DNA of 64,000 bases from NCBI GenBank assembly GCA_020137815.1, contig CM035352.1:8308001-8372000 (forward strand), written 5' to 3'. The translations under genes were made by a program, and so were the position numbers. Source of the DNA: Hormiphora californensis (taxonomy: Eukaryota > Animalia > Ctenophora). Of the stretch, positions 26,120 through 36,094 are shown in pieces. Each line of letters starts with the position of its first letter. Position 1 is the stretch's first letter. The notes under the pieces were generated by a model. The model ran no database searches and was not told the DNA's origin. It saw only the letters and a list, made by a program, of their open reading frames with translations.

Positions 26120-28386
26120 TCTACACCACCATTATTATATCTAGCTTGCGATTGAGCACGGCGTGCCTGGTGAAATTTTAACACGACCTAGCATGCAACG
26201 GGAAACCACCACTTGTACGTGGTAGCTGAGGGTCTACAGAATGGCGCTACGGTGCGGGAAAAAAAAGTCCATGCCCTAAAATCGTTTTTTTTTTACGTTT
26301 ATTTGATTTGGGTCAAAATTGGCTATATTAAACGTGGTCCCGAAAAATCCATAATGACTTAGCACACGAAATATGTCACCCCCACCTATTTTTGCACGTA
26401 GAATCGATTGCCGTTGAAGTCGAATCTCTAAAATGACTGTAAAATGGTCAAAAGTTGATTTTTTACCATTTTTTGGAGGTTTTTGGCCCCTAAACCATTG
26501 AAAACGTTGAGATAGGAATTTGAAACTAGTGCCAATCGTTAAAATGGTCATTTTTCTACCAAGAACCAAGTTTTCGTGTATATCAGATTTATGGTTAGAT
26601 TTGGGCAAATTGTTGAAATCTGCCAAGTAGGAGAACCGTAACTTGATTTTCTTGTTTTTTGGATTTTGGCATTTTTGACAAACTTCTGATTGAAATGGTC
26701 AATCGGGACCATGCTTAAGTTTTTTATGGGACAATTTTCGACTAAAATCCAAGATTTCATACCAATCCAATAACAGATCGTTGATTTATAGAAAATTTAA
26801 GTAGGCAAAACGGTGAAAATAAGCAAGAAAAGTTGTCATTTTCACCGTTTTGCCTACTTAAATTTTCTATAAATCAACGATCTGTTATTGGATTGGTATG
26901 AAATCTTGGATTTTAGTCGAAAATTGTCCCATAAACAACTTAAGCATGGTCCCGATTGACCATTTCAATCAGAAGTTTGTCAAAAATGCCAAAATCCAAA
27001 AAACAAGAAAATCAAGTTACGGTTCTCCTACTTGGCAGATTTCAACAATTTGCCCAAATCTAACCATAAATCTGATATACACGAAAACTTGGTTCTTGGT
27101 AGAAAAATGACCATTTTAACGATTGGCACTAGTTTCAAATTCCTATCTCAACGTTTTCAATGGTTTAGGGGCCAAAAACCTCCAAAAAATGGTAAAAAAT
27201 CAACTTTTGACCATTTTACAGTCATTTTAGAGATTCGACTTCAACGGCAATCGATTCTACGTGCAAAAATAGGTGGGGGTGACATATTTCGTGTGCTAAG
27301 TCATTATGGATTTTTCGGGACCACGTTTAATATAGCCAATTTTGACCCAAATCAAATAAAAGTAAAAAAAACGATTTTAGGGCATGGACTTTTTTTTCCC
27401 GCACCGTAGCGCCATTCTGTAGACCCTCAGCTACCACGTACAAGTGGTGGTTTCCCGTTGCATGCTAGGTCGTGTTAAAATTTCACCAGGCACGCCGTGT
27501 GAGCCTTAACTAGTATAGCTAAAGTTACTGAGAAGAATTAAGTTTTACGTTCTAGAAGTATGATTTCATATTCTTTCACCGAAGACAGACCCCCGACAGA
27601 CAGAAGACGATCTGGTGGTGATTCCGAAAGGATGATCCGGCACTATGCTGTCTCGGCGAGACTTGGCTGTGTGACTGTTTACAGTCCCAGATGAGTGGTC
27701 CAAACCAAACCAAACCAAAACTTGAAACACTTTTTCTTGCGTGTTTTTTGAAAACGAAATTGGTGTGGCGCGCATTTTTTTGCGCGTACCACGCTAGTGT
27801 CTCCCACTAGAGTACCTTGTGGTGTTACCATCCCTGTTACTATGGTAACACTATCATTCCTTCCTAGATATCAAAGGTCGAGGGGTTCCTATTCTGATTT
27901 ACAGTAACAAAATGGACATCAGGGATTCCCTATCCCCATCCCAGGTAAGAGCAACAGAGATCTGCGAAACCCTCACAGAGCGCAAAATGCAGTTTGCATC
28001 ACACAAGTATTATGGATAATTTCTTTGATATTAAAGAATGGTGTTTAAATCAGTTATAGGTTATACACGAGAGCGGCTATTACATGTGATAATTGTTTAA
28101 GATTTTAAAACAGCTGTACGGTATAATTTTTTATTTACCAGGTATCCCTAAAGCTGGAGTTGGACCAAATCAGAAATAAACCGTGGCAAATATTGTAAGT
28201 CTAAAACAGTCCACCTCATTATTTATTCACCTCCAATATGTTCCATATAATGTCTCTCTATCAACCCCGCCGTTTCATATTGTACAATGTTTCAGTGGTA
28301 GCAACGCTTTATCTGGCGAGGGGCTGGGTGAGGGAGTTAGTTGGCTGGCTAGCCAGATCAGACAACAGAGAACCAAAAGAAGTTGA
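17057..28386 (+). CDS. ARL6: ADP-ribosylation factor-like 6 (BBS3); exons 17057-17155, 17647-17708, 18116-18184, 25231-25325, 27868-27944, 28142-28194, 28296-28386
   Basis: Spliced product [87 protein letters not shown]; all junctions GT-AG and phase-compatible. Confidence 0.95.
18628..18735. repeat. (GA)n microsatellite, left flank of retrotransposon
   Basis: direct observation. Confidence 0.95.
18736..18868 (+). ncRNA. HDV-like ribozyme fold at element 5' end
   Basis: P1 GGGGGAG/TTCCCCC, P2 GCCAC/GTGGC, P3 ACC/GGT, L3 TCCTATC, J1/4 GGG, P4 GGTCACACGGA/TCCGTGTGGCC, J4/2 TGGATAAG, all in HDV order. Confidence 0.75.
19290..20015 (+). repeat. 23-24-bp tandem repeat array in retrotransposon 5' UTR
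   Basis: about 30 units of tttaccccgNtccagagaggatag with recurring variants. Confidence 0.95.
20310..23954 (+). CDS. retrotransposon polyprotein: two Myb-like repeats, reverse transcriptase, CCHC zinc knuckle, PD-(D/E)xK restriction-like endonuclease
   Basis: 1214-aa open frame; [64 protein letters not shown]. Confidence 0.97.
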   Translation: MSTNTRKPRKVWSKQENLDLVYCYYRSNPGTSGSWKRLERLWEDKGYDPLPGKKLAGQFRSIEKSEHMVTPTEMTDMQALATGLNVLPVVDLTVNSNTAGPSTTTNGDTTDPPPPPPTRAPRTKWTTEMNTTLVFIHWYSQPEIRGVWNRVEERWLKTTYPSKTDTQLRSQMNSITHTGLLSPQRLMEIREAATSERENDDAARQAEPEDNPPPEPVAPTTSADNEEPAPNPEIREQFKKLLEEPSAIKVTDLRQVPWGKLRVAIDRLSPVIRSFEVPDLTTLNTLLMVVAHIVREQMGIKPPSETTSNSPGRNKQPMWLRRLEESVAKLRADLSRLTEMSRGATQKFQTIDTIYRRYPLLPKKGYKQVIEEVKQRLLAKAGKIKRYKKKQQRFKDNNLFQNNQRDFYRKLEKRGSPPTPLETTAEDQTRTMNFWKNIWENETGHNTEAEWLDGVQGNFETITQQEDFQISPERVASRVKGMTNWSSPGIDGLHAFWIKHTTCLHGRIAELLNGSLTSSQIPDWMTEGRTYLLIKDPKKGMSNPGNFRPITCLPNLWKLYTGILSEDIYQHLDVNSLFPEEQKGCRKKSRGCKEQLAIDKLILRHCKRNKSSLHMAFIDYQKAYDSIPHSWILKSMEMCKINPQIIRLFEASFQQCVVNIVQSGSSLGKVHIKRGLFQGDAISPIHFIIGLIPLSLLLTAEGRGYTISEPDAQEEGEDITINHRLYMDDLKLYASSRGDLQHLLEITEKFSTDINMSFGIAKCGSLDIVDGVRQHMQGIELPSGNTIPEVEDGGYKYLGILEVDVILHQEMKTKVKTEYVRRVKRLLSSSLHGKNLATAINTWAIPVIRYGAGILDWTTTDAKGLDMITRKILRRGFLKSNSDIDRLYVSRKLGGRGLQRIEDVIVKEEIGLVSFFSNSTDTKIRALHTAMVKEDMLNKPPENAEALKERLEGQLIDNWKGKPLHGRFLKQLEEGGCDPDATWAWLNKESLSRYTEADVFAAQDQAIRTNWIQAAIEKQQGVSEKCRICNQHNESVEHILNGCQKLANGDYKLRHDRVAAALHWGVCRDRGFPAESKCYNHYADKVLENDDYKILWDFLIQTDNPIEACKPDLVLVDKRKKEALLIDVAVPKDRLVSDREVEKIEKYQELRREITRIWELKKATVIPIVIGALGGVSPRLEKYLQAITRQIYPSQLQKSVLFNSMNTLRKVLDM
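24363..24420. repeat. (GA)n microsatellite, right flank of retrotransposon
   Basis: direct observation. Confidence 0.95.
25375..27809. mobile_element. palindromic MITE whose right arm is split by a ~1.9-kb insertion
   Basis: 25375-25465 mirrors 27721-27809; inner arms 25461-25620 mirror 25643-25807. Confidence 0.8.
26157..27499. mobile_element. foldback non-autonomous DNA transposon, Chapaev-like
   Basis: arms 26157-26820 and 26838-27499 are near-perfect reverse complements; CACGG...CCGTG termini; TGAG 4-bp TSD. Confidence 0.85.
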
Positions 28387-28696
28387 ACATCGGGGATATA
28401 TGTGTGAATTTGTGTATAATTTTAGGTGTAAATACATTATACCACCACTTTGTGTACATTGTATGCAAATGATGTACAATTTGTATAGTTCAAGAGATAT
28501 ATTCACAACCGTAATATATAAACATTTTAGTTCTGGTATTTGTGAGTGATGAGAGTTTGTTCGGTGAGAGATTTATCGCTGATCAGTTGCAGTTGTGTCT
28601 AATTATGAGCAGAGTAATTAATTAAATTGTACTGTTATGTTCAGTAGATCAATGTACAAAAAGCTTACATTTCTGTCTAAGATATTGCCGATCACT

Positions 28697-28769
<73 letters not shown>

Positions 28770-29031
28770 ATATCTCTGTTGACGAATTCCTATTGTCTAT
28801 GGCCGTGTGTCAGCAAGTCAAGTGATCCCATGTTTTTTCCTCTTTCAACTCTGTTTATATTATAGATCATGACTGGTAGCCCGAAAGCAACTACCACGCT
28901 ACGTTTCTACAAGTTTTGTGCGTGCTTCTACCTTCAGTTTCGATCTCTCCGTCAATATGGGTAAGTTAACTTTTACTTTTAGTAGTTCTCTCTATCTATT
29001 TAAATTGATATCCGTCTCTATCCCCATCATC

Positions 29032-30275
29032 TCACTCTGGTCGTATTTTAACGAAGTTGTTCATGAGGTGAGCTCCCAACATGTCACTATACCTCCTCCA
29101 CGCCCTGCTAGACATCAGTGGCTCCACGGCCCAGAAGGGGTTAATCCATCTCGGCAGACAGGCCATCTGTTTCTCCTCTTGTGTCGCTATGATAATCTGA
29201 TCTGCCACCCAGTCAGGCTCCAAAAGGGGGAAGAACAGTGGCCATTTGGCCTCCACATTGTTGAATAATCCTGTTTTGGTAATGTGCGGATGAACTGATG
29301 TTAACTTGACGTTTCTCTCCCCTATCAGATCGAACTCAGCTTGGAGGGACTGTGTGTGACCACGGATCCCGAACTTGGATGCGGCATAAGATGCCATATT
29401 AGATCCGGCCACTATTCCAGCTAGAGATGAGATGTTGACGATGTGCCCCTTTCCAGCCTCTCTCATTGCAGGTAGGACTTGTTTAGTAAGATACATGGGT
29501 CCCATTAGGTTCACCTTCATTAGTTTCAACATTTCCCTTTCTGATTCCTCTTCAAATGGTTTTCCAATCACAATACCTAGTGGAAGGGGTTTAGGAATTA
29601 TTGGGTAGTGGTATTCATGGGGTCAGGGGTGTAGAAACAGAGAAGCCTAATTTATTTTATTTTATTTGTGGGGATATGATGCGAGGGAGGACTGAGGAGG
29701 GACTGAGGAGTGAACTGTGAAGGATGGACACACTCACCAGCGATATTAAATAGATATGAGATGTGTTGGTCAGGGGTGTTTTCCTTCACTTTCCTGACCA
29801 GATCTGCAATGTTCTCCGCCTCCCCAACGTCACAAGAATACGTGTATATCGTACAATCACGATCCTGAAATAATATTACTTGTTAGAATCTTAGCAGCTT
29901 GTAAATTTAATGGGTTTGCAAAAAGGCTAATTGACGCTAATTTGTGTTACAATTCTACCTGTGAAGTGAGATCTTCCTTCATTTGTTCATTCAGTCGACT
30001 GCTAATATCCACACAATGTAGGATGTTTCCATCTTTGGCCAACCTTTCCACAACTAACCGTCCTAGTCCTTGGCCTGGGAGTGGTTGCTATAGATCATCT
30101 TGAAATTCATATTGGTTACCATGGCAACGAAGATCTTACCTGTCCCAGTAATTAGTATGTTCTCTCCTTTGATTTCCTTTCTTGGTCGGCACCTGAATAT
30201 CGCGTATACCGTCTCTAGTAGCAGATCGTACGGCCAAAACAAGAGGAAACTTCCAATCTCATACAAACGGGACAT
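29032..30275 (-). CDS. short-chain dehydrogenase/reductase, SDR16C (RDH10/SDR16C5-like), copy A, 4 coding exons
   Basis: ILITGTGQGLG Rossmann motif across intron 1, NIAG, GHIVNISS, YAASKFG. Confidence 0.9.
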
Positions 30276-30504
30276 TTGAAATTATCTGAGGGATATGGTT
30301 TCCATAGATACAAGACTAACTAGAATAATTGATCGATTTGATCAGTAGAAGTATGCAGAAAAAAAAGCAAAGTAAACCCAATTGGGCTGTGTTTGGTTGT
30401 TGACTTTTGATACAACAAGAATGTATAGCAGCAAGATATCGGTGGTTGTTTTGATGATGTAGACTGTAGAGTGTTATAGACACCACCTTCTCTTTCTGTC
30501 TCTC

Positions 30505-30607
<103 letters not shown>

Positions 30608-30992
30608 TTCCTTCTTTTTTACGACTTCCTACTGTTGGCTTACACACAAGCATGGAGAGAACGAAAAAAAGGATAATGATAGGCCTTATCATTATCTTTT
30701 TTTTGTTCTCAGGAGAAAGAGAAAGTTAACAAGAGTTGTTTATTCGGAACCCTCTTCTAATGTCCTATAGTTTATAGAGAACAATACAAAGATGCAGATC
30801 TGCGTAACTCAAAAATACATTTTGTCTTGGCTGGTCATATTTACCGGTCCCCGATTTACCGGAACCGCGATTTACCCCGAGCAAAACCCTTTCCTCCGAG
30901 TATCCCGGTAATCGGGGCCCGACTGTAAGTAGCATAGACTAAATCAGGATATACAGTAGTTAAGTACTTCTGTAAAAACTAAAAGTGCTGCA

Positions 30993-31324
30993 TAGGGTCT
31001 GACTGTGGTCTGAAACCTCCTAGGAGCACGGAGCTTTTCTGAATCACCTTTTCGAGACGAATCCAACGCAACCGGAATTAGCTTTCTATCTTATCGGGAA
31101 GTTTGGGCTTGAGCCCCTTCATTTTTGGTCATTTTTCGGTGCGCGAGCCAATCAGAGGCCTAGATTTCGAAATAAAGGCCTCTGATTGGCTCACGCACCG
31201 AAAAATGACTAAAATTGAAGGGGGCCAAACTTTCCAATAAGATAGAAAGCTAATTCCGGTTGCGTTGGATTCGTCTCGAAAAGCTCCGTGCAGTAGGGGG
31301 TTTCCAGTCCACAGTCAGACACTA
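30993..31324. mobile_element. palindromic MITE
   Basis: gtctgactgtgg...gagcttttc arms mirrored around ~31170. Confidence 0.8.
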
Positions 31325-32147
31325 GTGCTGCATTTGATATTGATTGAGCAAGCAAGCCATGCAGGTTGCAGTTCTAGATGGAAAGTTCTCGGAGCTGGAA
31401 GGAAATATTTAAAAAGAAGCTTTTGACTTCACCATCAGAGGTAATAATCTCTCTTTGCAAAACAACACAGAAACAAGCGAGAAAAACCTCTCGATTCAAT
31501 ATAGCTATAACGTGTCATTCAATAGCTTGGTGTCTTCATAATTGAGCATTAATCCGATGCGTGTTAATTGACGTGTTACACCATGACATTGCGTGGTTGA
31601 AACCCGGACATTTGGAGTTGTGCCAAAATACACTGCAGTTTCATGAGCATGGAATTAAAATATATATTCCTACCAGGGAACAACTGACAATTAATGTGAA
31701 GTGCAGAATCCTGTTCTGACGATATTGTATTGCCGGAAGCCATGGCTCGTTCCCAAATGTTCTATTTGGCAAGCTGCCAAATGCAGCCAAAATTACTAAC
31801 CGCATTTTGTTTACCATGTATAATGTCATGGAAGTTGGAACAGAGCATTATTGTCTACCATGTATAATGTCATGTGTTGGAACAGAGCATTATTTTATTG
31901 ACCCTCGGACAGCGGTGACCTGTTTTGATAAAGAAAAGACAAGGGTTACTATTCCCTGCTCTTTTGAAGCACAGAAGAATATTGGAGATTGAGAAGATAT
32001 GAAATAAAATAATTGAATACATAATGATAAAACTCTAAAGTACCTAGGATGATATGATTCACCATGGCCCATGGGTCTTCTCAACATAAATCAACTCAAT
32101 AACTCAACTCAAATCAATAACTCAATGATAAAGGTAACAGGGAATGA

Positions 32148-34499
32148 CTAAACTTCACTGTCATTTGTCACATTAAATGGCTTTACAGCTGTTTTAGTGT
32201 CGCAATCCCACAGCGATTCTACCTGTTTAGAGTCAAACACAACAGTCCCTAAGAGTTCGCGGCCTGTAGTAGATAGGTCCTCGCAAAGGTTTTCTTTGCA
32301 GGTGAACCCTGCCAGTGCTACTCTTATTTTCTTCTTGTGGCTAAGCTTCTGCTCCCTTTTGTCCGGGTGTATAAGTGGACTAAAGTAGAGTGCAAACAGG
32401 ATACCACTCCCTAAAAACAGTCCCAAACTAGTTCTCCCGCCACATAAAATTAGCATGTCATCTGCCCGCATCTCAACAATCACAAGAAATGCTATTGCCT
32501 CAACGAGAAAGAGGAAATAAAGTCCGGCAAATGAGTACCAACGTACATCGAGCGTCTTTAGAGATGCCTTATCCGTCTTTAGAGATGCCTTATCCTTCCT
32601 GAAAATGGCTCCTCGGTAGCTCTCCGGAAATGCCAACAGTATAAGAAATACTTCACTAAAACTGTAAAATAAAAAGGAGAAGAAAACGTTGTGGGGAGGT
32701 AGGCGGTGTGTTACTATCACTGAGTTTCTCTTCTCGTAATGAATAGATGGTTTAGGAGGTAGATGGTGAGAATTATAGCGTGATGGGCTATGACACAAAC
32801 GCCTGGGATGTAGTTTAGTTTGGACGGATCTTCTCCCGGTTTTGTTAGTAGGTAGATACAGCAAAGCATTAGGAGACGAGATGATATCATCGAGAGGTAT
32901 CCCAGGTACAAGGTGCCGAGGTCGATAGAAAATTTGATGAAGGAGCAACATAGACAGCAGGTTAGCTTAAGAGTGTAATCGAAGGAAAACCTATCACAAT
33001 ATCGAGATGATTCCTCGTGAGCACATAGTGCCAGAGGAAGGCAAACCACTGAAATCACTAAAGAAGCAATTTGAAGGCCATTTGAAAAATTGAAAACGTC
33101 TTTGTTCATCATTTCGGTATCGTTTATCAGTATCAGAGCCTGTATGAGTATCTGGGGACAGTTCTCCAGGATAACTTCTGTTCTTCGGAAGCTGCAGTAG
33201 TTATAGTAGACCTGGAAACAAGACAATAATATTTAGCCAATTTTACAGGGTGGTTCATAAATTATGAGTCAAAAGGGAAGGATTCTGGGAGGCAAGATTT
33301 GGGGGCAAGAAATGATATTGATAGTGAGATTAAACAAGACTTACCAGGCCGATATGGTTGATGTTGGTGACTTTGTGTGCCAACATTTCATACACGTCTA
33401 TCAAGATACCCATTTGTAGGAAACAGAGAACGTTGAAAACAACATTTTGTTTACAGTCCCAAGGGTACGGACAGAAGGACCTATAATGAAGTCAGGTATT
33501 AGCTGAAATTGATATGACAGATTGTCGATAGATAATTTTTTATCTGCGTGCTATCCTCAGTAATTATTTTTTCCCCGCCCGGTGAATGCCGAAGGCATTC
33601 ACCCGGATGCCTTTTGTAAAAAGGCATAGGGGTTTAGAATTCGACAATTTTATTTTACATACTAGTGAAGTGTCACGCTTTTTTGTAACGTAACCCGCTC
33701 AGTTGCGAGGGACAACGATGTTGCTCCTTCATCAAATACTTCAATGGCACGTTTTCAGGAAATGTGAGCCGCGCAATGTGGCGCGCAATTTAGTGCTACT
33801 AAAACACAATGATTTGTTCTATACGGTTTGACTGATTCATAGATGATCGGAAATGCCTGTCCCGCCTTCCCATTAGATGGTTATGAAAATAAAGGTTGGG
33901 GGGGAAACATAGCATTATGAAACATAATGCAGTTATTCTTGTTCAAGAATGTGAGAAGTAATGGTGTGGTTGGTATTAAAGAGGCTTCCAATTACCTCCG
34001 AAAGAAAGAACTGGTGTTCTCTTCGATCTGTGGAAAAGCTGGTTTTTCCCCAATATTCATTATCCTCTTGTCCCTTCTTCTCCTACCGGTCGTTACCGAT
34101 GAATTTCCAAAAATAATCTGTGTAGAAGTGAAAATATCACGACTGCACTCCAACAAGCTTTTTTATTTTCAAAAGTGATCTTTCACTTGTAAATTCCGTG
34201 TGTTATAATAGCGTTCGGTTGATTATATTTTGTGCACTAACCGGTACAATAGTGAAAAATAGCGACAGTGATCCCAAAATGAGATGTTTTCCCTGCTTCA
34301 AAGTCTGGATTGATACCATGAAATCTGTTACCTGAAAACGAGGGTTGCCTGATAAAGATCGATGTTGATCCGATAATCAGTATGTCCAGAAAGCGTATTT
34401 TACTTTACATACCACATCAATTAGGAGAAGTACACTTCCGAACACAAGAAATATTTTTCTGTAAGCTGGTATCACGATACATCTGTGCCACTTTTCCAT
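32148..34499 (-). CDS. XK-related (Xkr) membrane protein copy A; 2-nt insertion frameshift near 32745
   Basis: EVILENCPQILIQ, LQIASLVISV and ISSRLL match XK-family ESAPQL/SLLS/SRV motifs; spliced 5' exons; C-terminus NDSEV*. Confidence 0.8.
33545..33920. mobile_element. insertion in XK-A intron absent from the XK-B intron
   Basis: flanks align with 41730-41760; begins with hairpin ggtgaatgcc-gaa-ggcattcacc. Confidence 0.55.
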
Positions 34500-34568
34500 T
34501 GTTGGTACTAAGCTGACCGTGAGTAAAGAAACCAGGGAAGAAAAATGATAAAATAACGATAAATCGTT

Positions 34569-34650
34569 GTTGAGTACCCCTTGGTAACATAGACACCTGG
34601 CGGGGGGTCGCGCCAGGTGTCTATGTCACCAAGAGTACTCCTTACTCAAC
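34569..34650. repeat. short hairpin/mini-MITE upstream of XK-A
   Basis: cttggtaacatagacacctggcg / cgccaggtgtctatgtcaccaag. Confidence 0.75.
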
Positions 34651-35428
34651 ATAAATAAATCGTGGTCCGACTGTACAAGAATAATTAGCATGTACAATAT
34701 TGTACATCCACGCTGCACTGGTCCACGGGACCACGGTGATCCTTAAAAAGCTAACGATGGATCAATATACGTGACGGTAGAGTTACATAAAGATAGAACT
34801 AACATTGTATTGTTTATGCACAGTTGGTGTAGTAACAATAACAACCGCAACATTACAATAACAATATACACAGTGATAAAGCAATGATGCTGCATTTTCC
34901 TTATGGGAACGATGAGATTGGAATGAGGGCGAAGAGAAGCTCTGGATTAAACGATAATGGCAAGGAACTGGATTTGGTCCTTTCTATTGAAGAATAAATT
35001 TCATTCCAAATTCCGATCCCTCCACGTTGATCGTTTTCTTGGTCCCACTTGCACTCAATATAATCGTAGAGTCTATTGCTGCCCGTCTTTTTACATCATA
35101 TCACCAGACTACAGTTGCATACATCAGGCCCCAGCCAGACCCATATACCTACGTTTCAAATGAACCTCCACTGCGTGATACGCAACTGACTGGAAAATCG
35201 CTGAGGTAAAATACGGTACCTACTCAAAAGACCAATATTCTTTCAAATGCAAAACGTTACCTACCCGAGTAACTCGACCTGCCTCGCCCCCCACCCCCAC
35301 CTGCCTCCCGACCATTACCATCTCAAATTTCAAACGTTCCAGAGGTCCAAACCGTGAGTCTCTTTTCTCTTCCCGGGGAGGGAAAGGGATTCAGTGACTA
35401 TAATTATAGTTACCACATACCTGGGTTG

Positions 35429-35628
35429 CAGGAACCGACCGATCGACCGTTATTTAGGCCACGTGACTGGTTATCAGCCAATCAGTAACCAGTATTTCAT
35501 TTCCTGATTCGGTCGGTTCCTGCTGGGCTGGTATGAAGGTGTGCTTAGCAGGAACCGACCGACACAAGTAAACAACCAATCAGAACTCGTCATTTAGGTC
35601 ACGTGACTGGTTATCAGCCAATCAGGGA
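35429..35628. mobile_element. two copies of a short TIR repeat (caggaaccgaccga...tcggtcggttcctg) with CACGTG and CCAATCAG boxes
   Basis: first copy has complete TIRs, second is truncated. Confidence 0.75.
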
Positions 35629-36094
35629 CACTCCATGATTAAAAAACAAACCCCATGATTTAAACAACAAACAAACAAGATACATTACAATTAGTAAATG
35701 GAATAAAATAAATCAATAACTCAAGAGTAACCATAAATCATTAGATACACGATGGGTCAGAAACAGAATTAGACAAGATTGTTGTAGGTAGTAGAGAATA
35801 GCTCTCCGAGCCTTTTGTATTTTTCCCGCTCTCGAAAGATTTATCAAGTGGAGGTATATTTTTGAATATCTCTTTGTAGTCAGTGCACGTTCTGTTATGA
35901 GCACACATATATTACAGAGAAATAATTGCTCAAAAATATTGTATCAAAAATATTGTATCAAAAATATCTCAACTATAAATGCATCTTTTGAGAGCGGAAA
36001 AAATGCTCGGAGAACTATTATCCACTATCTACTACCTGCGAAAATCTACGCTCACTTTAACAATAAATCAATAATAATTGTTAACAAAACATGA

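Noticed and set aside
26276-27409. Mirror-image ORF pairs (also 56427-57064)
   Set aside because: Arise from palindromic MITE arms; no transposase motifs
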